Assembly: GCA_964188305.1 (NCBI GenBank) | Contig: OZ076895.1 | Source of the DNA: Podarcis bocagei | Lineage: Eukaryota | Strand: one strand, 5' to 3' | Length of the DNA stretch: 64,000 nt | Shown: one piece after another, positions 39,733-53,438 of the stretch | Numbering within the stretch: the stretch's first letter is position 1 | Layout: each line of letters opens with the position of its first letter | Notes under the pieces: model-generated | Databases searched by the model: none | What the model was told of the DNA's origin: nothing | What the model saw: the letters and a program-made list of their open reading frames with translations, nothing else | Made by a program: the position numbers and the translations under genes

Positions 39733-41930
39733 GATGTCTCAGTTTTTCTGGGACAGTTGCAGAGGGTATGCAGGATGAAGTACTTCATATAAAATAATTA
39801 TGTGACCTGGGAGCTGGAAGGATGTTGGGGAAGAGAGTACTGGGCCAATATCACTTTGGTGCCACTACTGATACAATTTAGGGCAGCGGAAGATACTGTG
39901 GTGCCAGATAAGGCAAAGAGATATTAAATAAGTTACCAGATCTGCTTACACATGCATCTTACAGAAATATAGTTCACAGAAAGATATTTACTGGAGACAA
40001 TTGCATGCCACAAAGGTTACTGGTTAACCAACCAATATGAGAAAAGGCAATGCATAAAAAAATGACAAGCTGCACACCAAAAATTACTTCAGGTCTATGA
40101 TAAAATTCAGGTATTTTGCCACCTGCTTCATAATAAACTTATTGGTTCCCTTGATGAAGAGAGTCAGAAGGATCTCTGGATACTGTCCAGAGAAACAGCT
40201 CATAGCTGTGTTGTACTATGCTTCTGTTGCAATTTCACACATTTTATTGTGATGCTTTTAATTATTATTTTAAAGTCTGCTGCAATTTATCAATTTATTA
40301 CTCGTCACCTGCTGGGTATGATTACAGCAAATAACAAGATTTTGACTATGTGGTTGTTTATTTGGCCACTTTCCTCAAAATGAAAGAAAGGCAAGTAAAA
40401 AAACAACCCATAATTATTTAGTTATTTTCCTTGCCATTGCAGATGACAAGCTGTGCAAAGAGCTCCTAAAACAATTATGGTATACAAAGAGGACTTTTTA
40501 TAAACAACCATGGTATGAGCAGAGTTCTTAGCAGTGTATTCAAGCTGTTTTGTCTTTCTTCTTCTCTACAAAAGATTTCTGCAGCATTCTCATTCAATAA
40601 ATAGGATAAAATGGACATTCAATGACTCCTATAAAAGTGTTTTTAAAAAGGATGTGTGTGTTGAATGAGGCAACTAATAAGAGACCTAAAGCTGCTCTTT
40701 GATTTCAATAAAAACTCTTACTAATGATGTAATGTGGAAAGTCAATTAATGTAGTTTTTGAAGAATACAACTACTGCTATGAACAGTTCTCTTTTGTGTC
40801 ATTTATTCGGTTTTGCGCCACTGAGTATCAGATTTGGCATTTTATTGGGTTACATTGCAGCAATCCTTTCCTAATTAAAAACATGATAGTCCCAAGATTA
40901 AGGTTTGAGAAGGCTCGAGTATCCATTACCAAGTGATATAATCCCTAGCAATGTCCTACTGTTGGTATCCATGTAGCACAACAGGTGAAGATCTTGGCAT
41001 TTTTCATGCCTTTGCAAAGTCACCTATACGAGATCATCTTACATTAAGAAGCATACCCTGTGCTCTATTTCTGTTTCATGTCTATACACACATTCATGAA
41101 GCGTTGCTTTTTTCTGTTTTCATGATTTTTTTTCCCCTTTTGGTCTCATGTAGAATGGAATGAGGAAAAGAAATGGAGCAGGGAAAAGAAAAGAGGAATT
41201 ATTACTGTACTTGCAAATGACCTGAAATCTGTTATATACTTTTTTTTAATTAGGATGGTACAGATCTATTTCTTTTTATCTCTGTACAAACAAGTTCCAT
41301 TCTCGTAAAGTCAGACAAGAGCCTATCAATCTAAATGCATTTGCTTGGGGAAAAGTTCCACTGAAATCCGTGCGGATTCCTGAGTTAGCTAACAGACAAT
41401 TAAATCCAAGACTCAAATGTGGAACTTAAAAGCCACAGTGAATATGACAAAAGAAAGCCCCATACGTAGGTATACATCCCCATTTGGGCTGCATGCTCTG
41501 GATTCATTTTTAGTGCTCTGAAAATATCTCTTCTTCCGCATCTGACTAGCAGAACAGGCAACACCAGCACATGCTTTTCTTGTATTACATTTTTCTCAAG
41601 CTGAAGACAAAACAGAATTCCTTTAATTATAACTATGTGCTGCGAATAGGGCAAGGTCAAAGTCTTCATAAACTGGACAGGGTTTAAGCTGCTGCCGAAG
41701 AGAAACCAAAGCCAAATTAAATGTGGCGAAAGCTTAAAATGCCAAGAAGCTCCAAGTGAAATACTCATTGAACATTAACACAGAGATACACTGGGTGCGA
41801 GATGCACAGAGTGTAACCATAGCTAAACATCCAAGCAGTAAAGTAGCACAGATGTTTCTCGTCCTTCCATAAAAGAATATAGCAATTTACTGGACAATTG
41901 GATGGCCCGTAGTGCAAAGCAAAACATGTA

Positions 41931-42181
41931 CCGTTTTACCTTGGAAGCCAAACGGAATCCGTTTCAGATGTCAATTTGACTTCCAAAATGTTCAGAAACC
42001 AAGGTGCAGCTTCTGATTGACTGCAGGAAGCTGCTGCAGCCAATCGGAAGCCATGGAAGCTGCAGCGGATGTTCAGGTTCCAAAAGAACGTTCTCAAACC
42101 AGAACACTCACTTCTGTGTTTGTGGCATTCAGGAGCCAAAACGTTCAAGTGCCAAGGCATTTGGCTTCCAAGGTACGACTG
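41931..42181. mobile_element. Tc1/mariner MITE
   Basis: TA-flanked; TACCTTGGAAGCCAAA / TTTGGCTTCCAAGGTA TIR cores; homologous to 6089-6339. Confidence 0.82.
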
Positions 42182-42829
42182 TATATGATTACACATTAAG
42201 GTTGTTGCAGCAGCAAAACACTGTTACTTGTAGCATGGTTCCCGTGCAAGATGCTTCCTAGGCTCCACTGCAAAACTTTGCAACAATCAGAAGAGTGGAT
42301 ACTGATTATGATAAGGGGTGGAACAGAGTGGCTATACATGCACTATTGACCAGCTAACCAACTGGTGAAATTTAGTAGATGATTAGGAATTATTTCTCAA
42401 TATCTATTCATAATAAAAGTGTCAAAAAGCTTGGGCAAAAGCCAGTCCAGCTTCTCTAGGGAGGGAGTTCCAGAGTCTGGGAGCAGCCACCAAGAAAGCC
42501 ATCTTCCAGGTCCCTACAAAGCATCCCTGGGTAGAAATAGTCTATCCTGAGACAAGAGTGACTGATGCAACAAAAAAATCCAAATGGTAAATTGGTCCAT
42601 TGGAGAGGGATTGCCTTTTACTTAGTTCGGGGCCTGGTGAGAAAGGGGCCTGCTCTGAAAGAGTTTATGGGTTAGTTAGGCAGAGCAACCTGATTTGATT
42701 TCCTGAGGCGAAAGTAAAAATCCGAGAAGGGACTGGGAGATTGTTGCTGTTGTAGTACTACTAAAAGACATTCTAGGGCGAAATAGTATATACTGGGGCT
42801 AGGTTTAAATAAGACTACTGTATTGAATA

Positions 42830-43180
42830 GGGACGTGGGTGGTGCTGTGGGTTAAACCACAGAGCCTAGGACTTGCCAATCAGAAGGTCGGCGGTTTGAA
42901 TCCCCACGACAGGGTGAGCTCCCGTTGCTCAGTCCCTGCTCCTGCCAACCTAGCAGTTCGAAAGCATGTCAAAGTGCAAGTAGATAAATAGGTACCACTC
43001 CAGCGGGAAGATAAATGGCGTTTCCGTGCGCTGCTCTGGTTCGCCAGAAGCGGCTTAGTCATGCTAGCCACATGACCCAGAAGCTGTACGCCGGCTCCCT
43101 CGGCCAATAAAGCGAGATGAGTGCCGCAACCCCAGAGTCGGTCACGACTGGACCTAATGGTCAGGGGTCCCTTTACCTTT
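42830..43180 (+). mobile_element. Sauria SINE, full-length
   Basis: 16-bp TSD ACTACTGTATTGAATA; CCTTTACCTTT tail. Confidence 0.95.
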
Positions 43181-43979
43181 ACTACTGTATTGAATAAGGT
43201 TTTCAGGTTCTCTGTAAAGTGTGTTTGCCTGAGTAATCATAAAGCTTAAAAACTCTCAAGGAGTGTAATTAAAAAAGTCTGGATTTGTTCCAGAAGTGCC
43301 TCTTTGTAGGGGAATAAGTGGACATAGGGCATCCTTCAGACAAATATAACACCTGGTTACTGTATAATAAAGAAACGATACCACAAACAGTTAACACCTC
43401 TCTAGTGTTGTTAAAAGAAAGAGCTGAAACTTTTAAACACCCAGAAAATTGGTCACATTACTCAGCTCTCCTCCTTAGTGAAGGAGTCTGTTACAAACAA
43501 GCTTCTTTCTCCAGGCTCTGTTGTCACTGCTGAATGACTGGACCCCTTTCAAAAGAAGCTACAATGATTGTATTGCATCATCATAGATCTCCCTTCTTCT
43601 CCTGCCATTTCTGAGGATAGCTCTTCCTGCTAATCTGCACAATTTAAAAGAAGCACTGAAGAACAAAACTTGAGAGCATTTACTGGTCTGAAGGAGCCAG
43701 GTATATAAAAGGTAAATGAAGCTGAAATTGCTTATCTGGACTAGATTCAGTCAGTCAGAAGAACGTAAATTCAGTGCCAATTGTAATTGGATCTTCTGCC
43801 TACTGAAGAAAAGTTGAAGAAGTGGAAAAACTGGAAAGAGCAGACCAATGGGAAGAAGAGAGCACACCTACGATAAATGCAATCACCAAATGAATGGGCC
43901 GTCAAGTCAACCCGGCCATTTTAGGAGGACTGCATGCAAAATATATTATGCACTTGTTACAAGTTCTTATATATTTTGA

Positions 43980-44072
43980 GGATAGCTGTGTTAGTCTGTT
44001 GCAGCAAAAAAAAGTCTTTTCTATTTTAAGGACCTTATGACCTTAGCTTTCATGGACACATCATCAGGTGCT
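43980..44072 (-). mobile_element. Penelope-like element terminal fragment
   Basis: gatagctgtgttagtctg...gctttc...tcatcag resembles reptile PLE ends as recalled; CTGATGA...GAAAGCT on the minus strand. Confidence 0.5.
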
Positions 44073-45884
44073 TGCTATCTTCAACTGGTAAGTCTTCCTT
44101 TGTCACCAGCTTCCAGTGTTCTCTTCACTCCTGCTATATACCACACTAAACTAGCCAGAAATTGATCTATGTCCCAATTAGAGGTAAGCCCTTAGCACTG
44201 AAACAGAGCTAGCAATCCAGGACACTGTGGCCGCCTGCCTTTAAGGAGCTGCACCAGCTACCAATATGTTTCTGGACCCAGGGAGAAAGAGAGGGAGAAG
44301 GGAGGAGAGTCCTCCACCATCAGGCAGGTCGTGGCAGCACCTCACATTCCTGTTGTGCTCTTTTTCGAGGAGGCTCATGCAGGCTCTGAGGTAGAAATCT
44401 GCAAGGGCCAACTTCCAAGTATCAGCTCAGTCTACGTGCCTCATTTGCCCTCCTGGCAGCTCAGGCTGTCATCACAGTGTGATAAGAGACCAGCACGCAC
44501 ACACACACATATATATATGTATGTATGTATATGTGTATGTATGTATATATATATGTGTGTGTGTGTAGTGTTCACCTATTGGGCTATTTTTCCTGTGCCT
44601 AGAGAGCATTTGGTGCAAAGGAAATGCACAGCATGAGAGGAACTTAAATTCTCTTATTTGGCTACAAAAAGTTGGTTGGCATGAAGGCACATCAATCTGA
44701 AGATCTGCCAAAGGGACAATTGTACTGAAAAAGCGAATATCCTGTGAAAACAGCCTTTCTTCTCTGAAAAGATTACTTAATAAAGGCAAAATTTTAAAAT
44801 AGCCGGATAAAGAGAGATAGAGGCGGAACCAATATGTGTTTCAGAATCTTTTGTCACAATAACCTTTACTCTGAAGTAATAATGATTGAAGCCATAAGGT
44901 CTTTGACGACGGGAAACTATACAGAGCTTGTCAGAGACACCATCTAACCCTGCATGCTAAATTATGTTGCAGATCTCAAACCTAACTTCTGCCATGCCCA
45001 GCCCTGACCCAGAGCCAGATACTGACTGATAGAATAAGTTGGAGGGGGCATGACAGTTTTCACAGTTTGCAGAATGTGCAAACACACATTCACTTTGCTG
45101 TCAACCTCCCAATCTTCTTAATGCACACTGGTGGGACTTATTGAACTTTAATACAAATGCAAAGCCTCTTTTGTACAGCTGGATGTCCTGGTCCATAAAA
45201 AGGGAACAGATTAAAGCAAGTGCATCAGATACCAAAAGGCTCGTGGCCAAGTCAAGCTACAACTGCCAGGTAAATGGACTGGCCCCAGCTACAAAGCGGA
45301 GAAATGAAGACAGAAATGCAGGTCCAAATTGCCATTAAGGAAATCATCCTTCTACTGTTAAGCAATGAGTGAAGCAATAATACTCAGTGGAAAGTCTCAA
45401 ATATTGCATTTTGATACTTAAACCCTCTCCAGTTCATACCAGAAACCTAAGTTATTTATTCCCACAGCAGAAACAGTTTGGCAGGGGAGAAAGTACTGCA
45501 ACTAAAACAATGCCTGCATTCTCAAGAACAAGCAGGCCCTTGCAATTTCCACCCAAAGTGTAAATCTTTATTCTCTTGCAATCAGTGCCCCACAAGGCTG
45601 TATAGTTTTCATCTACTGTTGATTAATTGTTACACTTTATTTTACCCATTTCCCTAGTTTTGCATACAGAACCCCAATCTGTCCTCCCAGAAACTCTTTC
45701 ACTTAGGTTTATCTACATGACAAATCATAATCAGGTAAAATTGATGGGAATCTACCCAGGGATCTCTAGGAATCAGTGGGCAAAGTACCTTCATTAGGGA
45801 ATTTTTAGTATTCCTTAAGCAGTAGAAATGTGGAAGCTGCAATTCCTTGGAAGCCATGCTGCTTCATATTTGCAGTCTGAAGAA

Positions 45885-46696
45885 GGTTGTCTCCGAAAAA
45901 TTGTACACATCACTTGGGAAGACAGGCGAACTAATGCCAGTGTACTGGAAGAAGCAAAGATCACCAGTGTTGAAGCAACGATTCTTCAACATCAACTTTG
46001 TTGGACTGGTCATGTTGTGTAGATGCCTGATTATCATCTTCCAAAGCAACTACATGGAACCTCGTGTTGCGAACGTGATCCGTGAGGGAGGCACATCCGC
46101 AACCCACAGCACCGCATCTGTGAACACGTGGGTCACGATTTGGTGCTTCTTCACATGCGCAAAACACAATTTAGCACTTCTGCGCAGGCATGAGCGCCAA
46201 ATCCCGGAAGTAACCAGTTCTGGTACTTCCGGGTTCGGCGCGGTGTGCAACCCGAAAATGCATAACCTAAAGCATCTGTAACCTGAGGTACCACTGTACT
46301 CTATTCCAAACTTAAAAATGGAAAGCGTAATGCTGGTGGTCAACAAACGGTGTTTAAAGACTTTCTCAAGGCAAATATTTTAAAATGTAGTATAAACACC
46401 GACAACTGGGAAACACTGGCCTGCAAGTGTTCCAATTGGAGAACAGCCTTTACCAAAGGTGTTATGGGCTTTGAAGACATTCAAACTCAGAACACAAGGG
46501 AGAAATGTGCTAAGAGGAAGGCACACTCGGCAAACCCTCACCATGATCAACTCCCACCCAGAAACCTATGTCCCCACTGTGGAAGGACATGTGGATCCAG
46601 AACTGGCCTCCACAGTCACTTATGGACCCACTGTTAAAACTGTGTTTATGGAAGACAATCTTAACTCAGCTATGAGTGATTGCCAAAGAAGAAGAA
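45885..46696 (+). mobile_element. 5'-truncated RTE-clade LINE, 3' end, interrupted by a MITE
   Basis: CLRKI..ITWEDRRTN..VL..W.GHVV..PKQLLYS..GGQ..FKD..WE..WR..CPHCGRTC.S..GLHSH; (GAA)n tail. Confidence 0.88.
46053..46296. mobile_element. Tc1/mariner MITE nested in RTE LINE
   Basis: TA duplication; ends GAGGTACCACTG|TA. Confidence 0.85.
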
Positions 46697-48448
46697 CACT
46701 TAGATATAGTGAGTGCCTCAGGTTCACCCAAAAAGTCTCATGGCTCAATAGAGATTTCAGTCCAGGTCTTCTTGGTTCGAGACACCATCCACTGGAGCCT
46801 ACAATTTCTGGCAGGTCTCATTGGCAATGCAAAAAACTGTCAAGTTCCTGCTGCTTTTCCTGAGGAACGGCACACCTTTGTTAAGCAGCATCCAATATTC
46901 CACTGGGCACTGCTTCCCAAAGGAGAACAGAATGACGGAGTTTGTGCTATTGGGGGACATTCAGGTAACAGTATCCAATGCTTTTCTCCACTTAACTTTC
47001 CTGATCTAAGCAGGGAAGACCAGCAAGTGGGTAGGGTAGCCCCTGTGTGGCTGAGGCTCTTGCCACATAGATGCTAAACAACTCTGAAGCCTCAAACCCA
47101 GATATGGAATTGGTGAGATGCTTGAGATCATCATGCAACTGCTAGGACCACTGGGCCCACTTTCCAGATTCAAAGTTAGGAGGAAGACTAGCTCTCCAGA
47201 AGGCAGTGTCACACTCACTGTGGTGAGCATGTTTGTTGAAGGTTGACTATCTATCTGGTCTTCCACACTGGCTCTCCATGACTAATCATATAGTAGGCCA
47301 ATGGAATAATCACTAGTTTATGTAGAGGTTTTGCTTAATTTCTGGCCTTATATGATGGGTATATGATACATGGTCCTGCCACCTCCATTTGTGCGGAGAA
47401 TTTGCCTCCCCATATCATCAAGGAACTCCTAGATCAACTAGAAAGGTCCCTTACGACATAGTCTGAGAATACCTAGTCTAAACTACAGTTAGCAAACTTC
47501 CAGTAAGGCCAGAGAAATCCTTCAACAGTCTCGTGCAGTCCAAATCCTAAGAACAAATTAGCTATTATGAAACAGCAGATCGTCCTTTTTTTAAAAAAAA
47601 GTCAAAGTCTGAAAAGGAGTCTAGGTAGGGCTAGCATTGCACCTGTCTAAAAAATAACAAGGCTACTTCTAATATCACGAATCTACACAGGCAGCGTTTT
47701 CATCACCCGTGTCATCTTGCTTGTTGGATGAAAAGGCTGCAGGCAATGTGCCACGAATCTTGTTTTTGTGAATGCCAACTTCTCTCCTGAACTTTAGAAC
47801 TCCTAATGTCCCAGGTAGAATAAGTGGCTTAATATGAAACACTTGTGGCACAGGACAAGGGAATTGCCAAAATTCAGTGAACCCATATGCCTAGTAAAGG
47901 ATGGAAAAACATTTTTAAAAATGTTTTCTCAGCATTCATGTTGACATCTCAGAAAAAGAGACACACATAAGGGCCATGTCTCTACAAATCTGTGTCTGCT
48001 AAATTGCTAGGGCATCTAGCCATGGATCTTTAGGAATTATGAGTGTGTGAGGGTGTTAAGGATCTCTGTTGGAGAATTCTAATGTAGTAATCTGGAGCTG
48101 GAATTCCCAGAAGTGCTAACAAACCAATTCTAAACTAGTTTATAATTGATGTATAGGCTTAGCCGAAGGCATAAGATATTTCTAGGCTATATAAATATAT
48201 TGCTGCACATACAATATCTCTAACTTTTGTAATTGAACAGACCCTGTATTCTATTACTACTATTATGATTATTAATTACTTATCATTCAGCCTAAGGTCC
48301 CAGGGTGGGTTACAACAATTAAAACACAATGTTAAAAAAACTTACTATCACAGAAATAAGGTGGGTCTTCGAAATATACCGTACATCTCAGATGTTAAAA
48401 GCCAGGGCAAAGGGGTGTATCTTCAGCATTTACCAAATGCCTCCTTAC

Positions 48449-48587
48449 CTTTACCAAATAAGCTTGGCAGTCACTGACATAATCATACTCTAGTCCATCA
48501 AAGGTGTAATAATGCCGGTCCCCATAGACTGTGCAAACAGCAGGACAAGGATAATATGTGCAATTAAATATCCCACGTCGACAAATA
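48449..48587 (-). CDS. OTOGL: OTOGL exon w14 (VWD3 start): [10 protein letters not shown]...[11 protein letters not shown]...YLVK
   Basis: cag/gtaagg, 139 nt. Confidence 0.94.
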
Positions 48588-49228
48588 CTGTGGAGGAGGA
48601 AAAATGAAGACATTCTGATTGGAGAGCTTTTACGGGTGGAAGATGAAAGTGTGGCACTCTTGTCATGAAACAAAAAACATTAGAGAGAATTTATAGCAGA
48701 GAATGTATAGCTTCTTGTATCATTTACATGGGGCCACAAAAGGACAAGTCTCTGCTCCAAAGAAAATGAAATTTGTTCTGCAGGCTTCTTCTGCAAATCA
48801 GCACATGAAAACATGGCACATTTTCATAGCTCAGTAACAAGTCTGTGTCAGGAGCATAAATGGAAATGTGTGCCCTTAATGGCACTGTAGAATATGCAGT
48901 TGCTGTGTTTGCTATATTATAGTATGAAGAGAACAAGCACTCCCCATCTCCTCTAGCATGATCACATGGAGGAATTTAGAAGCATTTGACAATTTTAATG
49001 TATATCTTATATTTACTTATAGTTGGGTAGTATATAAATGGCATTAAATAAATAATCTATTTATTGAAATACTATATGATCTTTCAACTGCATTTCTTTT
49101 TTAAAAAAATTAAAAGTTCTTTTTAAACATACATGAATTAGGGAGCATATCTATGGTCAGATAATCTTATCTGTAACACTAAAAATAATTATAACATTAA
49201 AAACCGCAGTGAAATAAAAACTGCTTAC

Positions 49229-49336
49229 CATCTGTAACAAGGGGTAGCTATCACTTCACCTGACAAATATTCCCAGTCTTTCCAGGTACATGGGCAACTG
49301 TCAGGCACGTAGCATTTTCCTTTATGCTCTGCCATC
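49229..49336 (-). CDS. OTOGL: OTOGL exon w13: GMAEHKGKCYVPDSCPCTWKDWEYLSGEVIATPCYR
   Basis: aag/gtaagc, 108 nt. Confidence 0.93.
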
Positions 49337-50199
49337 CTTCAAAGAAACAAAACCACGAATTCAAAAGAGAAATCTACCTATATGCAGTCACAATGATGCT
49401 TTCGCATGAGTCAGAAGAGGTCAGTTCCATACCAGATAGTGGTTGTTTGAATGGCATGTCATTCAATAGTATGGTAAACTTTGTCTGCCAGTCATTTCAG
49501 CATTTGCAATAATTTACCAGGTGTGATATTTAATAACTGGTCTATACAATTTACCAAGCAAGACTACATGGACATTCATGAATTTTGCACACTTACTTAA
49601 ATGGGGCTTCCTTCTCAGCAAACATGCACAGGGCATTGTGCTGCCATATATATTTCAGCTCACTTCCATCACAGTTTTCACACATATTATAATAACTACA
49701 GATTCATACTGCTGCTGGCAGCTGAGAGTTTGTACCTGCATGCTGTTTTCTTCACTGTCCACTTTTTCTGGGAGTATGAGGGCTGTGCTGGTGTTAGAGA
49801 TGGGAGTCATTCTATTTCCAAAATAATCTAATTTATGTCTACTACTGCATTATTACAAAAGACAGAAGCATTCTCTGATGCTCCTAAGGGTGTATATGCT
49901 CAACACCCACCTTATTGCCATAGATACAGATGAGGGTCAAACTAAATGAGACACCAGAAAAAATGTAACTGGGTCTCTCATCTTTTTAAATTCCTTTTTA
50001 TGCTGTAAATCAACCTGTGATCTTCAGGTAAAGGGTGTTATATAAATTTAATCAATCAAGAAATAATTCATTTGTATCAATCATCACCGCTGATTATTAT
50101 TATCATTACCCAATAAGCACCCTTTATCCTTGCACAATCACATACCACACAGCATTTAATTCTGTCACTAAAGGCTTGGAAGTTGGAATGAAAGCTGTA

Positions 50200-50425
50200 C
50201 AGTGGTACCTCAGGTTAAGTACTTAATTCATTCTGGAGGTCTGTTCTTAACCTGAAACTGTTCTTAACCTGAAGCACCACTTTAGCTAATGGGGCCTTCC
50301 GCTGCCATCGCACCACCGGAGCACGATTTCTGTTCTCATCCTGAAGCAAAGTTCTTAACCTGAGGTACTATTTCTGGGTTAGCAGAGTCTGTAACCTGAA
50401 GCGTATGTAAACCGAGGTACCACTG
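50200..50425. mobile_element. Tc1/mariner MITE
   Basis: TA|CAGTGGTACCTC...GAGGTACCACTG|TA; same subfamily as 57966-58207. Confidence 0.9.
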
Positions 50426-50784
50426 TATTTCAAAATACTGATGGGAGTGAATTCTTTCTGCAGCTAAAGAGGAAAAAAATGTTTCCCAGTGGCAAAGCGC
50501 TCTCTCTCAAACAGGAGCACAACAGCACTGGAAAATTAAATGAGCCCGAGGTGTCAACGTTATGCAAATGCCCAGATGTGTGTCTCCTTTTCACCTGCTC
50601 CTGGGAAGGCAGCAGATGTTCTGAATCAGTGCCTAAGTGCAGTAATGAACTGGATGAGGGCCAATACACTGAAATGCAATCCAGATAGATGGAAGAGCTG
50701 TTAGTAGGTGCTTCGTCTGCCCAGTTGAGTGGTTTTCTACTTACACTCACCATAACGGAGCAGTCTTTCAGTTTGGGATGCCCT

Positions 50785-51322
50785 AGATTCGTCATTGTCG
50801 CTGGAGGCACAAGCGGCCTCAATGGTGCAGAGTGCCTTTTATCAGCGTAAGCTGATATACCAACTGTGCCCTGATCTGGACAGAGATAGCGTTGCTGCCA
50901 TTAGCCATGCTTTTGTTATCACCTGCTTGGATTACTGTAATGTGCTATATGTGGGAATGCTTTTGAGAATTGCCTGGAAACTTCAGCTGTTCCAAATTAA
51001 AGCAAGATGGGGCTGCTCATTCTGACCAGATCAGATCAATATTTTACCAGTATTTACCAGGTCCGATACAAAATGCTTGCTTTAACCATTAATGCACTGG
51101 GTGGCTTCAGGCCAGGTTACGACCTTCTCCAACAATTACCTACTTGGACCCAAAGATCCTCAGATGCAGACTGCTAAGCAGAGAAGGGGCATTTTTGGCA
51201 GTGGCACTATGATTTGTACTGTATGGTTGGTTTTGATCTGTCACTCCTTGATTGTCTTTTATATGGTTTTTAACTACCCAGAAGACATTGTTAATTGGGT
51301 AGTGTGTAAATAAATAAATAAA
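50785..51322 (+). mobile_element. L2-clade LINE 3' fragment
   Basis: ORF 50795-51025 ...HAFVITCLDYCNVLYVG..KLQL matches the L2 ORF2 C-terminus; (TAAA)n tail. Confidence 0.82.
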
Positions 51323-51493
51323 GTTCCAGTACTCTCTGATCTAAAGGAAACAAAAACCTATATGCTCTAGTCCTTGAAACTTCTTACCGTTTGAGAAGTT
51401 AAGAAACGTGCAACAGTATTAGCCAAAGAAGGAAAAATCAAATCCATAGGTACAATTTCCTTCTCCAGTACTCTGGATCTCAGAAGCACTTAC

Positions 51494-51656
51494 CCAGGGG
51501 GACAAATGCAACCACTCACACATGGTGGAGATGGTGCACAGGTGAAGTTCATGGCAAGGTTTGCACAGGAAAGCTCACAGTTTACTCCAGCAGATGGCAA
51601 GCCAGGCACATGAGACCGGCAGTCATAGTAGATCTTTTCTTCAGGGCACATGGGAG
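51494..51656 (-). CDS. OTOGL: OTOGL exon w12 (TIL'): APMCPEEKIYYDC...GCICPP
   Basis: aag/gtaagt, 163 nt. Confidence 0.92.
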
Positions 51657-52724
51657 CTTCAAATTGAAAATGCAAACTACATGAGATCGGCATATGCTTA
51701 ACTCTCCCTTGAAATCAAATACACTTTAAAGTAGTTAATTTTGGCCGGTTCGTGCCCTAATCTTTCAACACAATTCATCAACAGCATATTCTGCTAACCA
51801 CAAATGTAACACTTTCTTTACCCTTCAAGTGGTTAAAATTCTTTGGTCGTTTTGGCACACATTTTCTGAATGGATACAATCTGAAAGCATTCGGGATTGC
51901 CAGAATTTTGCAAATCAGTCATGAATACAGACACTTGATATCTTAAGCTTTAAAGCAGCACTCATTTCAAGTGCTGATCAAAAACTCTCTTATGTGTCAA
52001 ACTATGTTTTTCATGTGAATGTTGCAGTATCAGTTTCTTAAAAACATGTTGTTGATGGATCTCTCTCAGCCAAGTTGGGTTATGTGAAACCATACAATAT
52101 TGTTATAGTAGGTTTAAACGTTGGAGTAATATGAATTATACTTTGCTTTTTATTTGATGAAGTTAGTAAAATGTTTTTTATATTTCCTTGACAACCACTT
52201 GCAATTAATTCTTACAAGTGTTAAGAGTTTTCAGAAATGTTACATCCATACAGAGAGTACCAAAGTAATTAACATATGCTGTACTTGTTCTCACTGAACA
52301 TAACTGTGCAAATCTACCCTCACTGGATTAAGCTTAACTTTGCAGCAAAACCCAACTGGCCAAAACTTCAAAAGTGCTGGTCAAAAGCTAATATTTCAAG
52401 TGATTCTATTCAGATATCCAACAACTTGCTCCTTTGAAAACACAGGGTAGAATTCAACAACATGTTAATGTGATTGTTCTGCCAGTGCAAGCATTTCCTC
52501 TTGCCAGATGGAACAATCTTCCCTCTTCTCCTCCACACCCTGTGCTGGGGGTTCCCCCAACCCTCCAGAGTAGATTTGGGGGAGCTTCAGGGAATGCAAG
52601 TGGGGAGAAAATGGGGGAAGCAAGTCTTTGTGTTGGCTTCCTCTAGCACACCAGGTTAGTTGATTCCGGCCCCCTTTTTTCTGGTCCAAAACTCTGAATT
52701 TTATTGATATTCTTTGATATAGGA

Positions 52725-52860
52725 CAGGCTTCCTCAACCTCAGCCCTCCAGATGTTTTTGGCCTACAACTCCCATGATCCCTAGCTAGCAGAACCAGTGG
52801 TCAGGGATGCTGGGAATTGTAGTCTCAAAACATCTGGAGGGCCGAGGTTGAGGAAGCCTA
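52725..52860. mobile_element. Palindromic hAT MITE
   Basis: AGGCTTCCTCAACCTC TIRs; TSD ATATAGGA/ATCTAGGA (7 of 8 match). Confidence 0.88.
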
Positions 52861-53041
52861 ATCTAGGACAAAATGGGGATGAAAAAGAATGGCTATGCAG
52901 AACACTTTCAGGTGAGCAGGGATTCAAACCAGACTCATATTAAACTCCCTTCCTTAGAACATGCAGTCCATGCATCTACAGTGGGAAAAGTGACCAAAAA
53001 GCATTTGAGAACTCTTCTGCTCAAGAAACTAAGGGAATTAC

Positions 53042-53094
53042 CTGCAGGAACTTCAGCAGCTTCTGTGCATCTCATTGTTCCATTTAGACACTGG
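53042..53094 (-). CDS. OTOGL: OTOGL exon w11: CQCLNGTMRCTEAAEVPA
   Basis: tag/gtaatt, 53 nt. Confidence 0.9.
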
Positions 53095-53438
53095 CTAGTC
53101 AGTGCACATAAAAAACACATCATAATAATTTAATACAAAAATACAGTTTTATATAGCAGAATAACATTGTTAGTCATATAATGCAACTAAATGCAGTATA
53201 ACTTACAGATGCAATAAGCATGACATTCTAAACATCAAAAATGTCTGACAGCTGAGGATAAGATAGATGGGTTAGATGGACGATCAACTTGTACTTATTG
53301 CTTCTTATGCTTATGCAAGGCTGCATTCACACAGCAGTTTATATCATTTTCATGACTTTCCCCCCTAACTGTTAAGTTCTGCATTATAGTTGAGCTTTCA
53401 CATGACATAAAAGCTGCTTCTGGAATTATAGTGGAATA

